The notes below the pieces were generated by a model. It did no database searches. It was not told where the DNA came from and was given only the letters and a program-made list of their open reading frames with translations. 64,000 nucleotides of DNA from a virus (taxonomy: Duplodnaviria; Caudoviricetes). The stretch covers positions 32,001 to 96,000 of the IMG/VR virus record IMGVR_UViG_3300037067_003476. One strand, written 5' to 3'. Each line of letters opens with the position of its first letter. Position 1 is the stretch's first letter. The translations under genes and the position numbers were made by a program. Shown here in pieces: positions 39,135-50,700 of this stretch.

Positions 39135-39977
39135 ATGGGTAAATACATTTCCCAGATGACTGTGGGGGAATTGCGAGAAGAGTTGTCGCAGCACGGATTG
39201 TCGCGAGATGATTTGCGCGGAATACGAAAACCGGATCTAAAATTAATGCTTAAGTCCAGTCGTAAGGGTGAGCCCAACACGAATTGTAAAATTGTCGATG
39301 ATGGAGTTATTGTGTCAAACGAAGACACGAGCAAGAAAGAAGATGTTATCAAAAGCCATCCGGATCAAAACTCTGTTGAGTGGACGCAATATGTTTTGGG
39401 GTTATTTAACAACGACGAATTAGAAAACCAGAATCCAAAAGTTGATGGACTAAGGAGAATTGCGTCTATGTTGATTGGTCCAATTGTCGAAGAAGGGAGC
39501 GAGCTAGTTTCTCCACCATCTTTGGATAATGGACAAAGAGCGTGTGTAAAAGCGTGGGTGATATTTTATCACAAGAAACTGGGTCGTACCATACGATTTG
39601 AGGGATTGGCAGACGTATGCAGCGACAATTGCGACGAAACATTCGCTAGGTTTCCAACAAGCACAGCAGAAACGCGCGCTAGGGGGCGGTGTTTTAGAAT
39701 GGCTTTGCAACTAAGGAAAGTTATAGCTGCCGAAGAGGCCAACTTTGAGTTACCTGAAAATGGCAATGATAAAGATGTGGTGATTCAGGTTGGGCAGATA
39801 TCCGTTATTCAGTTAATGGCAGATAGACTTAATGTAAGTATTCCAAAACTATTAAACCATTTGGATCTAAATAAGTCCGATCTACAATCCCTAACTAAGG
39901 TTGAGGGACTAATAGTTGTTAAGCATCTTAATTCCATACAGCAAACCGGACATATCCCAGAGTCAATCGCAAGATAG
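39135..39977 (+). CDS. SAP/HeH domain + Rad52/Sak-like ssDNA-annealing protein
   Basis: N-terminal MTVGELREELSQHGL...G.RKPDL; PKVDGLRR...AETRARGRCFRMAL. Confidence 0.6.
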   Translation: MGKYISQMTVGELREELSQHGLSRDDLRGIRKPDLKLMLKSSRKGEPNTNCKIVDDGVIVSNEDTSKKEDVIKSHPDQNSVEWTQYVLGLFNNDELENQNPKVDGLRRIASMLIGPIVEEGSELVSPPSLDNGQRACVKAWVIFYHKKLGRTIRFEGLADVCSDNCDETFARFPTSTAETRARGRCFRMALQLRKVIAAEEANFELPENGNDKDVVIQVGQISVIQLMADRLNVSIPKLLNHLDLNKSDLQSLTKVEGLIVVKHLNSIQQTGHIPESIAR

Positions 39978-39991
39978 GAGCAAAGATAGAC

Positions 39992-40495
39992 ATGGCATTT
40001 GTAAGAACAACATACCAATTTAAGTTGTATAAGCCACGAAATGGTGGTGGTGGCTGTGCGTCGTCGTGGGATTTTAGCACAAAGAATCAGTGTGTGTTTG
40101 TGGAAATGGCTAAGCAGAATGTCGCCAATGATGACAATGGAAATACTACATTTGATTGGAAGTCTCCACTGCGCGTTAAACTTGGAGTATCAGATATCGG
40201 AGAAATCATGAGTGTCTTGGAAAAACGCCAAAATGGAGTTGGCGCATTGCCGGATACACACGGCAAACACAAGGGGCTATTCCATCGTAACGACAAAGGA
40301 AATGTAGTGTTGTCATTTGATACTGGGCAAACTACCGGCTTCAGTATAAGAATAAGCTCTAAGAAAAAAAACGACAAAGATCCGGTTGCGCTTTCGCATA
40401 GTATTACGAACGGGGAGGCTTGTGTGCTACTATCGCTTTTAAGAGCGGCAATAGTTAGTATCTATAAATGGAATGCTACGATCCAGGAACAGTAA
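39992..40495 (+). CDS. Whirly-like ssDNA-binding protein
   Basis: FKLYK, VFVEMA, FDWK...VKLGVSDIGEI, LFH, IT.GE..VL..L. Confidence 0.58.
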   Translation: MAFVRTTYQFKLYKPRNGGGGCASSWDFSTKNQCVFVEMAKQNVANDDNGNTTFDWKSPLRVKLGVSDIGEIMSVLEKRQNGVGALPDTHGKHKGLFHRNDKGNVVLSFDTGQTTGFSIRISSKKKNDKDPVALSHSITNGEACVLLSLLRAAIVSIYKWNATIQEQ

Positions 40496-40742
40496 TTTTA
40501 TCTAATGTTTTTTCTATGCGTACCAGGATCGCCTTAATAACGGCTATATCCTGAGAAACCACGTTCCATTGATTGCTCATCGAATCCAGTTGTTCATTAT
40601 GGGCAGAGATTGTTTTCTCAACACAATCCATTCTATCCTTAACTTGCTGATAGTTACCAGCAACGCCGTTTATAATACACAGTAGGGATGTAATGGCCAA
40701 TACTATTGCAATTATCGATCCAATCCTTTTGATCCTCGGCAT
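40476..40742 (-). CDS. small membrane protein with coiled coil (holin/hemolysin-like)
   Basis: Basic N-terminus, one TM helix, heptads ending DIAVIKAIL.RIE; last gene of the late module. Confidence 0.55.
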   Translation of the reverse strand: MPRIKRIGSIIAIVLAITSLLCIINGVAGNYQQVKDRMDCVEKTISAHNEQLDSMSNQWNVVSQDIAVIKAILVRIEKTLDKITVPGS

Positions 40743-40755
40743 TGTTTAACTCCCC

Positions 40756-40799
40756 AAAAAAAGATGGGGCTATGGTGGTCGGTGGCACCAACGCCCCAT
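40756..40799 (-). terminator. intrinsic terminator
   Basis: ATGGGGC..TGGTG..CACCA..GCCCCAT-C-T7 on - strand. Confidence 0.82.
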
Positions 40800-40808
40800 T
40801 AGTTTTTG

Positions 40809-41423
40809 TTACAGATACTCTAACTCAACATACAGACCGAATTGAGTCTTAGAACCAATTGAGTTCGGGCTTGCCGATATCGCCACGTACCAGTCATGCT
40901 GCGTAGCCTGTGTATCAGCGCCAGATGGTCTAGCGCCATCAACGCCTGGACTACTTACGAGATCCAGATACGAACCTGATCCATAGGCATTAACCCATGT
41001 CTCGTCTCCAGAACCAGCACAATCCCAGCCTTCCCATGGGTGAATTAGTTCACCAACATAACATGTCACGCCAGATGGATTGTTGTTTTTGCTTACACGA
41101 TCAAACACGCGCAGTTGCGCGTTTTGTGTTTTGACCGGGGTGTCGAATGTAAATCGTACATTCAAGGCACCAGATGCATTCTGTATACTGGTAAGTTCTG
41201 TGTCAAAAGTATCGTTCCATCTAACGCCAGAAGTTGTTGCCAACTTCTTAGTGTTGTTCGCTACTGGACCCTGAACTGAACCATCTGAGCTAGTGATATA
41301 CGTTGAATCTTGATACTGTCCGACCTGTACCGACGTACCAAAACTAGCCCCATAGAATCCCAATCCAGACCCAGCTAGCGACACCGCAGTTTGACCTGCA
41401 AAGAAATTAATCGCTGCTGCCAT
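40809..41423 (-). CDS. putative virion structural protein (paralog A)
   Basis: G/S/T-rich beta protein; strong SD AAGGAGGT; own promoter motif and terminator. Confidence 0.65.
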   Translation of the reverse strand: MAAAINFFAGQTAVSLAGSGLGFYGASFGTSVQVGQYQDSTYITSSDGSVQGPVANNTKKLATTSGVRWNDTFDTELTSIQNASGALNVRFTFDTPVKTQNAQLRVFDRVSKNNNPSGVTCYVGELIHPWEGWDCAGSGDETWVNAYGSGSYLDLVSSPGVDGARPSGADTQATQHDWYVAISASPNSIGSKTQFGLYVELEYL

Positions 41424-41443
41424 ATAAAGTTACCTCCTTTGTC

Positions 41444-41454
41444 TTTTTATACAC
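41444..41454 (-). promoter_or_regulatory. late-promoter-like motif GTGTATAAAAA
   Basis: Recurs upstream of four structural genes. Confidence 0.68.
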
Positions 41455-41459
41455 TAATA

Positions 41460-42101
41460 TCAAATATACTCTACTTCAACTGCTAATCCAAACAACTTAC
41501 TATTTGGTGTGTTTGGAGTACACGATATCGCAACATACCAGTCGTGTCTTGTATCAATAGTTAGGTCGCCGTTAGGGCGCAAACCAGATGTGCCGGGTGT
41601 GTCTATCAAACCAAGCGACTCAGATCCATGAACCCACGACCAAATTTCGTCACCAGTACCCGTATTATCTTGCGACGTAGACGTGTGTATAATCTCGCTA
41701 CAATAACACAGCAATCCAGATGGGTCATGAGACAGTACATTCCCGTCATAAATGTACATCGCCGCATTTTGTGTTCTTACCGCTTCAACATGTTCAAACC
41801 TGATATTGAGTGATGCCATATAATTAGGCAAATTTCTTAATGGAATTCCATCACCCACCTGTCCAAATATAACCCCTGATGTCCCGTTTATTCCGCTAAG
41901 CGAGCCCCCGACACCAATTGTCAACTTATTATTATTGCACTCTATCCCGTTGGTTAAGCCAGACGGATCAGTGATGAATGTTCTGCCCTGGAAAGATCCT
42001 ATGCCTACAGGAGATCCGAATCCAGAATCACCATAAAATCCTATGCCAGAACCAACAGCTAAGCTGGTTTGATTGTTTATCCATATACTTATATCAGCCA
42101 T
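41460..42101 (-). CDS. putative virion structural protein (paralog B)
   Basis: Clearly similar to 40809-41423 (GSG.GFYG, LN.RF...V.TQNA, HDWYVAIS..PN). Confidence 0.65.
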   Translation of the reverse strand: MADISIWINNQTSLAVGSGIGFYGDSGFGSPVGIGSFQGRTFITDPSGLTNGIECNNNKLTIGVGGSLSGINGTSGVIFGQVGDGIPLRNLPNYMASLNIRFEHVEAVRTQNAAMYIYDGNVLSHDPSGLLCYCSEIIHTSTSQDNTGTGDEIWSWVHGSESLGLIDTPGTSGLRPNGDLTIDTRHDWYVAISCTPNTPNSKLFGLAVEVEYI

Positions 42102-42112
42102 AATACCCTCTC

Positions 42113-42124
42113 TTTTTTATACAC
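42113..42124 (-). promoter_or_regulatory. late-promoter-like motif GTGTATAAAAAA
   Basis: Same motif, overlapping the upstream stop codon. Confidence 0.68.
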
Positions 42125-43476
42125 TATGGTGCCGGAGGAAGTTTGTTTACACTACTATACGTCAGATTCTCTGGAACACTAACATCAAATGTTTTGTGAT
42201 AAGAGTAAGATTGTGATCCAATTGCGTCAACATTCATATGTATCGTAAACCCACCACCCATTGGTCCACGATTAGCGTAAAACATATCGTATAATTGCAG
42301 TGCGTGTACGTAACTCGTTGTTGTAATTTCTTCTGTCGAGCCATAACTGTGTCCACCCTGGCATGTAATACTAAAGTTAGCTAATGACCATGCCGGTAAT
42401 ATAAGTGGGATATCGACCTGACTACCATACTGCCCATAAATAAAGTAATTTTGGGTTGTATATGATCCATCGACAAGGAAGATTGTAGCGACTATGTGGA
42501 GTGTAACATTGTCTCCAACATTAGAATCTGTCTGTGGGTCTACTGGTTCGGCTATACCATCACCAGCACTATATGAATCAGACCATATATTGAATTTGAT
42601 AGTGTATGTTTCTTGTGATCCAGTTGGGTTACCAACATTAAAACCAAAACTCATAAACCACACATCATTTCTGGAATGCGATATATGTGTCTCAAGATCT
42701 GGAGGAACCCAAAAGTCGATATGTGCGGAAATTGATGAATTCCCGTATGTATATGACGTAAATACCAGTTGATCATGAGAGGTCGATGACTGCCTTGTTC
42801 CGAGTGATTTTGTCGCCTCTAGAATGCCACTCACAGAATAAAACGTATATGACGACGAACCATCGCCATACCATTTTCCACCTGGAATCAACCCTTCCTT
42901 TGATAACAACGACGGGTATTGATACACCCCGTATAGTCTATACGGCCTATAATCAACTTCGTCTGAAATTTCAAAATGACGGTAGCAATACCTGTCCCTT
43001 TGATCAAACTCGCATAAACCATAGTATTCATTATGGAATATATCTGGTGACGGTGGGTATATCTGGATATCCCTCGTGATACCGCCAGAGTTATAGATAT
43101 TCATATGGGTATCATACAGGATATCGAACCATTTCCTACAATTTTGTATTCCTTCGTCGTAAATACCTATTCCGGCGCGACTCCATGCTATTTTTTCGAG
43201 ATCAGTGTTATTTCCATAGGCGTCAAAATCTGATCCATCTATTAGTCTAAGAGATAGTGGTAATAGGCTGACGCTATTGTAATCGACATACCTAATACCA
43301 AGTATATCCTGATAAGTATCGAATGGAACATTGTCATAAAATGCCCGCAACTTATTGTATCTTTGTAACAGCGCCATAAGAAAATATGGATTGCATATTA
43401 TGTTTTGTGTGTTCGAAGCCATTCCACTGTAAAATGTTGTGTAGTCTGGTCCAGTTAATTTCTCTGTCGTAATCAT
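42124..43476 (-). CDS. hypothetical tail/baseplate-associated protein
   Basis: Tyr/Ser-rich beta C-terminus; position in tail module. Confidence 0.55.
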   Translation of the reverse strand: MITTEKLTGPDYTTFYSGMASNTQNIICNPYFLMALLQRYNKLRAFYDNVPFDTYQDILGIRYVDYNSVSLLPLSLRLIDGSDFDAYGNNTDLEKIAWSRAGIGIYDEGIQNCRKWFDILYDTHMNIYNSGGITRDIQIYPPSPDIFHNEYYGLCEFDQRDRYCYRHFEISDEVDYRPYRLYGVYQYPSLLSKEGLIPGGKWYGDGSSSYTFYSVSGILEATKSLGTRQSSTSHDQLVFTSYTYGNSSISAHIDFWVPPDLETHISHSRNDVWFMSFGFNVGNPTGSQETYTIKFNIWSDSYSAGDGIAEPVDPQTDSNVGDNVTLHIVATIFLVDGSYTTQNYFIYGQYGSQVDIPLILPAWSLANFSITCQGGHSYGSTEEITTTSYVHALQLYDMFYANRGPMGGGFTIHMNVDAIGSQSYSYHKTFDVSVPENLTYSSVNKLPPAP

Positions 43477-46019
43477 GTTGGACTCTCGGTTGGATATACG
43501 AATATGTTCATTGCCTGATCAATATATGGTTTGAATGTATGATCTTCCTGTTCAACCCATTTTACTGAAACTGCTGTGCCAACAGGGATGTATCCAGGAC
43601 CAGAGTACGGTTCGCCAAGGTTTAGAACCGTATCAAGTAGATTCAATTCACTATCAGTAAACATTGACGTGTCACCCTCTATCACTGTCACTTCATAGTT
43701 GGGTGGTCCAGTCTTAGACGATGGTGGGTTTAATGATTTGGCAACAGTACATTTCAGTTCTGATGGTGATGGAATAGCCTCTTCGACAACCCACGCAGTA
43801 ACGGCAACGATATTGTTCGATGTATACCTATCAGGATACAATCCCCATTTAGCTGGTTTTATTCTCAAAAATATTCCAATAGGTAGATGCGCTGGTGCGT
43901 CTGGGTATTCGGATAAGTTAGTAACGGCAACATTGAATATCGCAGCAGGAACAAGCTGGACATACCCATTAACGAGGGTCTGTTTATGGATCTGACACAT
44001 ATACCATGGATGACTATCATCTCTACTAATTATCTTGGCCACAACAGAGCCGTCACCTCCAGCACTACGATTAACTCTATGTTCTGGAGGATCTTTAAAT
44101 ATGTCTTCTGGATACTCTGGATACTGTTGTCTGGCCTGATCTCTCTTTAGCTTATCGATTAATTCCTGATAGTATCTCTGATATCTACCAAGTTCGTTGG
44201 TATAAAGATTGCACTTATAAACAGTGGTTACGCCACGAATATCATACGATACGCTAATATTTGTGATATTGGTACCACGGCCAATCGCCATTCCAAGATT
44301 AACTGTTGGTAATCCAGGAACCTCTAGTTCACCAGTATCAAATTCAGTAATGCGATGTGTGTATGTGCGAATTCTAGCGTAAGCAATTTTATTCATAATG
44401 TCGATGGCGTCATCCATAGACATACCGCGATACGAATATGCCCATGGTGTCAAAGACGAGTCAAAAACGACCCTTGTTTTTCCCGGTAGCCTTAGTTGGG
44501 GTGGAATCAAAGCATCACTTGTCCATGGGCCATATGAATCACGACGGTAGATGATCGGTATATAAACCGAGCCAACCTGTGTCATCCTTGACACCTCGCC
44601 ATTTGTTTCCAGTGCCCCATAGCTTGTTCTGGTTCCAATCAAAACTTCTAGTGGAACCGGAAACGTGATGAGCAAAATGCTGCCACGTTTATTCAGCGGG
44701 GCACCCGGAACTTTGTATAGATCCACACGGTCAACCGATATCTTCATGTAGTATCTATTTTGGCCAGTCCCTAGTAAATCAGACGAATCGACAACTTGGT
44801 CCGCCCATTCACCTCCAACAGTACTTGGATTATTTAGTACAGCAAAAGCAACCCATCTTCCATCACTAACACCGAATTTTAATTGACCGTCTGTTGGTAA
44901 ACCTTCTGGTGAAGTATTGTTCTCCCACCACCCTTCATTAACAGTATCTATCCACGGAACATTGTCGCTATCAATCAATGACGCTGGTATGTCAATGTAG
45001 AAAGTTCTTCCCCAGTGATTTTCAGCATAAGATGTTAACGCCTTCAATTCTTCCTCTGGCAAATTAGTAATTCGACCATTAAGGGCATCCTTCATCTCAT
45101 TGATAGACGTAAACCTTGTTCTAACGATCCCTTCCCTAGACACTATCTTAAATCTAGGAGAAGTCAATACACCCCCCTCGTCGTCAAAGCCCCAAAATGG
45201 TTTGAGTAGACTGCCATTATACTTTGTAAGTGTTTGTTTATTAGCCCCAAGAACTATCGTTCTTGTAACCTCATCCCTATTTTCTACGCCAGTCACCAAT
45301 CGAATAACAGAATTTGGGTATTGACTAGCCAGTCCGTTCATGTCAAGAGAAGCTATTTTTCGCTGTAGTGTACGAACATAGACATCGTAAACAGACCCGT
45401 TTTTTATAGTATCCACATACCATTCGAATCCATGATCGTCTGCTACTTGATTAATAAACTCTATCAACGACATTGCTGAACCGCGAACCCTGTAGGGAAT
45501 ACGCTCGTTCAATCCGGTTGTGCTTTGTATCGTTCGCGATGTCGTTGTAATGTCGCTAAGATTAACGCGAAACGATATCTCTCCATATTTATAAATGACG
45601 CTTTCTATCCTATTTTTGATTGTAGAATATTTAACCCCACCTATCAAATCCTCGTTTGTCTCTGGCTGAACCAATACCACATTTTCCCCAAGACTAACTC
45701 CCGTAGGCGACTGGACAACTACCTGAACACAATCCATTGCAGGTCTCATATCTGTCATGCGAACGGAATACACACCACTTCCAGCCACATTGATGATCTG
45801 ATTGTCCCACATCTGTACCAAGCCGTAAAAATCCAAAGACCCTATCTGTATATGCTCGATATGTCTCATACCCTGTCGTGGCAATCCAGCAAGCGTAAAT
45901 GTATGTGATTCGTCCTCTACGACAGACATGTTGTATGTTGTAGGGTTTTGATTCCAGCCAAACTGGGCACCAAAACTTCTCAGATAACAACCAAATATAA
46001 CTTTCTGTTCAATTTCCAT
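43473..46019 (-). CDS. tail tip/hub protein with two C-terminal OB-like repeats
   Basis: Hub-like N-terminus (FGW..NPT...DHGFEWYV); position downstream of TMP; duplicated NL.E...P..(L/I)P.G motif. Confidence 0.55.
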   Translation of the reverse strand: MEIEQKVIFGCYLRSFGAQFGWNQNPTTYNMSVVEDESHTFTLAGLPRQGMRHIEHIQIGSLDFYGLVQMWDNQIINVAGSGVYSVRMTDMRPAMDCVQVVVQSPTGVSLGENVVLVQPETNEDLIGGVKYSTIKNRIESVIYKYGEISFRVNLSDITTTSRTIQSTTGLNERIPYRVRGSAMSLIEFINQVADDHGFEWYVDTIKNGSVYDVYVRTLQRKIASLDMNGLASQYPNSVIRLVTGVENRDEVTRTIVLGANKQTLTKYNGSLLKPFWGFDDEGGVLTSPRFKIVSREGIVRTRFTSINEMKDALNGRITNLPEEELKALTSYAENHWGRTFYIDIPASLIDSDNVPWIDTVNEGWWENNTSPEGLPTDGQLKFGVSDGRWVAFAVLNNPSTVGGEWADQVVDSSDLLGTGQNRYYMKISVDRVDLYKVPGAPLNKRGSILLITFPVPLEVLIGTRTSYGALETNGEVSRMTQVGSVYIPIIYRRDSYGPWTSDALIPPQLRLPGKTRVVFDSSLTPWAYSYRGMSMDDAIDIMNKIAYARIRTYTHRITEFDTGELEVPGLPTVNLGMAIGRGTNITNISVSYDIRGVTTVYKCNLYTNELGRYQRYYQELIDKLKRDQARQQYPEYPEDIFKDPPEHRVNRSAGGDGSVVAKIISRDDSHPWYMCQIHKQTLVNGYVQLVPAAIFNVAVTNLSEYPDAPAHLPIGIFLRIKPAKWGLYPDRYTSNNIVAVTAWVVEEAIPSPSELKCTVAKSLNPPSSKTGPPNYEVTVIEGDTSMFTDSELNLLDTVLNLGEPYSGPGYIPVGTAVSVKWVEQEDHTFKPYIDQAMNIFVYPTESPT

Positions 46020-47719
46020 TAGTAACCTTCCTTGATAAGGTATCTAATTGTCCTATCATATGTAAATGCAGTTGGGCTCCAATTTTCGCTATCCCCTATC
46101 ATGATGAAACCGCTTGACGGAATATTTAGGTACTCATCACACATTGTTCGCATGGTCGAGCTTGATGGTCTAGATGCATATCCCTTTCCTTTTATAGTAA
46201 CTGTTGTTATTTTTTCATTAACAGTATTCATATCCTGAATCACTGGGCCTAAAAGCCTTCCTGGTATCGGCAGGATAGCTGTTATCTGGGCACGATTTTG
46301 ATCTTGTATGCTTACCTCTAGCTGATTATCTGAAGACGTATCCCACGTCCACGACATCTTAATAGTTCCAGACTTTTCATTTACGGACGATACTTTGGTT
46401 CGTATTGTATTACTTACTACCGATGTGTCTGGTATCAGCGAATCCAATATCTCTATAGCTCTTGTTCTGGCAGCAACATCACTTGGTACAGCATCTCTAG
46501 CATTACTCAGTTTTTCCTCTGATGTATCACCAAGTCCACGGATATCTGCTGATAGAGTAATAACATACTGACTATTTTCTGAGGTATAGTTAACGCTAGC
46601 TTCGTAATAAATCAATACATCGGGATTCTCAGTACTATTCCATTCGTATGAAAACGATGCGGTGCCTTGCGACTGATTAAGACCCACAGACTTCACATAT
46701 GGAGATTCGCCTATCGTTGTTCCACCAAGTAATGTGCCAACAGCAGCAAGGGCCTCTGTTCTTGCGGTGGATTGTGATGGAACATAATCCCTGGCGATAT
46801 CCATAGCGGAGACATCTCCAGCCGCTTTGTTACTAGATACCCCATAAACGATCCCGTCATACCTGACACGATATTCATCGTTTTCCTGTGAATAGTCTAT
46901 ACTGAAGTTCTTCTCTATGTAATGATTACCAGAACCAAGCGTCCACGACTCTTTTGTGGAGTACGTTCCATCAAATGACCCTATACTAGATGTTTTAGTG
47001 TATGCGCCACCCGTCCATGTGTCTACGCCAAGAATACTGGTTAGAACGCCAGACGGAATAGATCCTATTGCTTTTGTGTCACACCACGCTTTTGCATGTT
47101 GCCATGCTTCTTCGCCGTCGTATTTGCTGCCCGTTTCGTCGTATCCTAGTATTCCACGCGCATTGACATCGTGTGTAATTCTAAACATCTGGCCTTCGCG
47201 ACCTTCCATATCCTCGAAAGACCACGCCTCGCCAGCAGATTCTATGAGATCAAAATTGAACGTGTCTTCGTGGCTTAGAGTTCCGTTGATATACATCCAA
47301 TCAGTTTGAAGCCTAATCGTGTAATCACATCTCTGTGTCCATATACCCTCTGTAAAGCTAATATCCAGTACTCGTGGATTGCACTTAACGACAGGCTGAC
47401 CAGATTGTGGCTGCCACTCTAGTGATTGTCCGTCATGAGAAAACAACCATCTGATAGCCTCTTGTTTACGTAGTATTGAATTAAAATCTTCGTTGTTTTC
47501 TGTATATAGTTCGTCGGGTGGATAATTAGACAATTCCCAAAACGCATTAGCTAGGTTTGCGTAATGGCCACTCGGAGACCCCTTGAATGGCAACAATGTC
47601 CCAGTGAGGGTAATGTCGTAATTAGCACCAATCTTACCACCGTCCTCGGTAGTTTGATAGGATTTGGTCATCGCCACCAATGGCGCTGGTATGATTGCCT
47701 TTCCGTTATATCGCAACAT
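46019..47719 (-). CDS. tail tip/distal tail protein with internal ~100-aa repeats
   Basis: Repeat Y..EN..Y......G.....ARD.VPS...ART.A...N...GT....(Y/W).W; tail module position. Confidence 0.55.
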   Translation of the reverse strand: MLRYNGKAIIPAPLVAMTKSYQTTEDGGKIGANYDITLTGTLLPFKGSPSGHYANLANAFWELSNYPPDELYTENNEDFNSILRKQEAIRWLFSHDGQSLEWQPQSGQPVVKCNPRVLDISFTEGIWTQRCDYTIRLQTDWMYINGTLSHEDTFNFDLIESAGEAWSFEDMEGREGQMFRITHDVNARGILGYDETGSKYDGEEAWQHAKAWCDTKAIGSIPSGVLTSILGVDTWTGGAYTKTSSIGSFDGTYSTKESWTLGSGNHYIEKNFSIDYSQENDEYRVRYDGIVYGVSSNKAAGDVSAMDIARDYVPSQSTARTEALAAVGTLLGGTTIGESPYVKSVGLNQSQGTASFSYEWNSTENPDVLIYYEASVNYTSENSQYVITLSADIRGLGDTSEEKLSNARDAVPSDVAARTRAIEILDSLIPDTSVVSNTIRTKVSSVNEKSGTIKMSWTWDTSSDNQLEVSIQDQNRAQITAILPIPGRLLGPVIQDMNTVNEKITTVTIKGKGYASRPSSSTMRTMCDEYLNIPSSGFIMIGDSENWSPTAFTYDRTIRYLIKEGY

Positions 47720-47731
47720 AACTATTCTCCG

Positions 47732-50700
47732 TTAGTATCCATGTTCATAGAAAACTATATGTCCAGATGACGGGGTTCCATATACTGTAAAGCCATACAC
47801 AAATAGGTCGATGTCGTTTGCCGATACAGTATCGGTTCCTTTGGTGAATAGATTAATCCTGTTATTCTTAGTTGTGTGCCCGTGAACCACAAAATCTAAG
47901 TTATCATATGATGTGCCAGAAACTCCAAAGACATACAGGTTTGTTATTCCAGAAGGCCATTCAAAGCCAGTTATGTGCATATCGACACACGATATTTCTC
48001 CGGCGTGTACATCAAGATATAGTGGCCAGCAGCCACTAATATCATACGACAATTCACCATCACCTATGGTGTAGAGATCGCACTCACCAGATGAGTTGAC
48101 ATCAGGACCACTAATGGATAAGTCTATACATCCACTTGGCCAAGACAACGTTTGCATAAACAGTGGACACGTCATTCCACCGCTATACGTAATGCTTCCA
48201 GATTCTACATTTAAGAACAGATGCCAGGACTGATCCATCGTGGATGGCGTGGAGTCGTTATATATCGATAGGGACAATGATTTCAGTGTAAACCCAAGCG
48301 TCTGTCCAGACGGAGATCCATATATCATTAGATCTAGCGAAGAGTTTTCGTCGCCATCGTATGTTTTTAGAAATAGTGGCTGGGTATATCCAAATATTCC
48401 GCTGATATATAAGTCAACAGAATCGGTTATTAGCTGAGCCTTTAGGAACAAATCAAAGAAATTTTCTGTTTGTCGCTGACTTATAAACAATGGCATTGAC
48501 CCAGAATAACTATCCGGACCTTTCGCAAACAGGTGTATAGATTCGAAATATGGCAGGTGACCATTTTCGGTTATATCAATATTGCCAGACGATACGTCTG
48601 CCGACAACACAAACAGATCAACGTTGTCGCTTACAGATTCAACTCCGCCAATAACCGCGTCAAGAAGTCCGCTTGATTTTTCATGTCCACCCAAGCATAG
48701 GTCAATCGTGTTGGCTGGATAAAAATCCATCGGAATAAGAGAAAGACCACATTGATATATTTTTTGCAATTCATCATCAGTAAATCTTGGAATATTTTTC
48801 CATAAAACAACTTCGTCTGTTTTATATCCTGGTGAACTAACAAAGTTGGAATATTTGAAAAAGGCATGAGAAGCTATTCCGCTTGGATATCTTGTTTCTG
48901 GCAAAGAACCCATGCTTTGCCATCCACTACCGTTCATGCTAATATCGCCGGATGCAGTTGTTCCATCGAATACTAGACGAGATATAATTAAATGCCATCC
49001 ACCGACAAAATTCGGTGTTAGAAACTCCGGTAATGAATAAGGGTTTGAACCAAGATAATAACTCATTACGACATTGGAGTATACCCATGACGGATAAATA
49101 CCTTCATCAATAACACCGCTATTGCTCCATCCAAATACACAGCCGTTTACTACACCCTGTGTCCAGTACATTGACGTTATCGATATGGTACCAGACGAAG
49201 AGTCATAGAGTGGATTGACTTCGTGATAAAACGATGCGCCAACATCTGGATAGAATCCATCGCCAGTAATTCCGCTTCCTATTAATCCACTGACGTATAT
49301 CGCACCAAGTGTATCCCACTCAACAAGTTTCGTTTGTTCAATATTCCCTGATGTGAACGGATGATAATACACCACGTTGTCTGGATATAGTAAGTGTGGA
49401 CCTATGAATCTAACATCGGGTATGTATCCAGAAATATAAGAGGGTATTGTTCCAGACGATTGCTCCGGAACATCGACAAATAAGTCTATGCTTCCGCTAG
49501 AAGTAAGACATCCTTCTATGTACAAATCCTTTGTATTCGATGGATACTGGTCCATAGAAAATTGCGATAGACCCATTTGGTAAAACGTCTTAAGTTGGTC
49601 TGCCGATAATTTTGGTATGTTGTGCCATAGGATTAATTCGTCGCAGGGGTATTTATCGGTAGTTGTAAAATTATTTGGTTCAAATCGTACATGAGAACTT
49701 ATCCCGGATGGTGTCCTAATTTCGGGCTTTGTTGGAAGAGAGACCCAATTACTACCATTAACGCTAACATCTCCTGACGCGACGACCCCATTGAAATAAA
49801 CTCGTCCTACAATTAAGTTCCATTGAGTTTGACTTACGAAGTCGCCGCTAGGAGTAAATATAATTGAGTTTTTGCCGTCAACCTTATATCCAACCGTACT
49901 CCTATACGATCCCGCATTAACCGCCAAAATAATCGAATTATATGTATCAACTAAAGCATCCCCCCAACCCACATCGTATTGTTTAGCAAAGATATTCGAT
50001 CCACTAGACCATATGGCTGCTGTGTACGAAGTATCTCCATAGCAATCTGGATATAGCGGCCCCCTTTCTCTTACCACATACGGGATCAGCGACGTTGGTT
50101 TAATTCCACTTCCTATGAAACCGTTAGACACCATTTCTACGTTATAACTAGACCACCACACGTTTCTTGTGTATTCTAACGCTCCAGATGTAAACGGATG
50201 ATAGAACACAACATCATCTGGATACAACAAGTGCGATCCCATAAATCCCATGCCGTGTATGAATAAATCACATAACCCACTAGAGCAATCTTTGCCATTC
50301 ACGAATAGTGGAATTTCTTCTGTGTCATACGCTGGTGTTCCACCGATAAAAAGATTTAGTTCGTTTGATGGGTATTGAGATAGTTGTTGTCTGGAACGTC
50401 CTAGTTCGTACAGCGCCGATAGTTGATCATTAGTCAGTTTTGGAATATTTCTCCACAAAGCAACTTCATCTGCCGGATATTGTTGTGTCGAGTATTTGTG
50501 ATAATGGTACATCCTCAAATGCGAGTCTGTCCCAGTAGGATACGTTGTCTCGCTTAGATATCCAACGCTTGTCCACCCGCTTCCATTAATACTTAGGTCG
50601 CCAAAAACATCTGTTCCATCGAAGGATATTCTTCCAATTAGCAAAGTCCAGTCGCTGGTATCCGCATATGGTCCAGAAGTAGTAAAAAGAGTTGGTCCAG

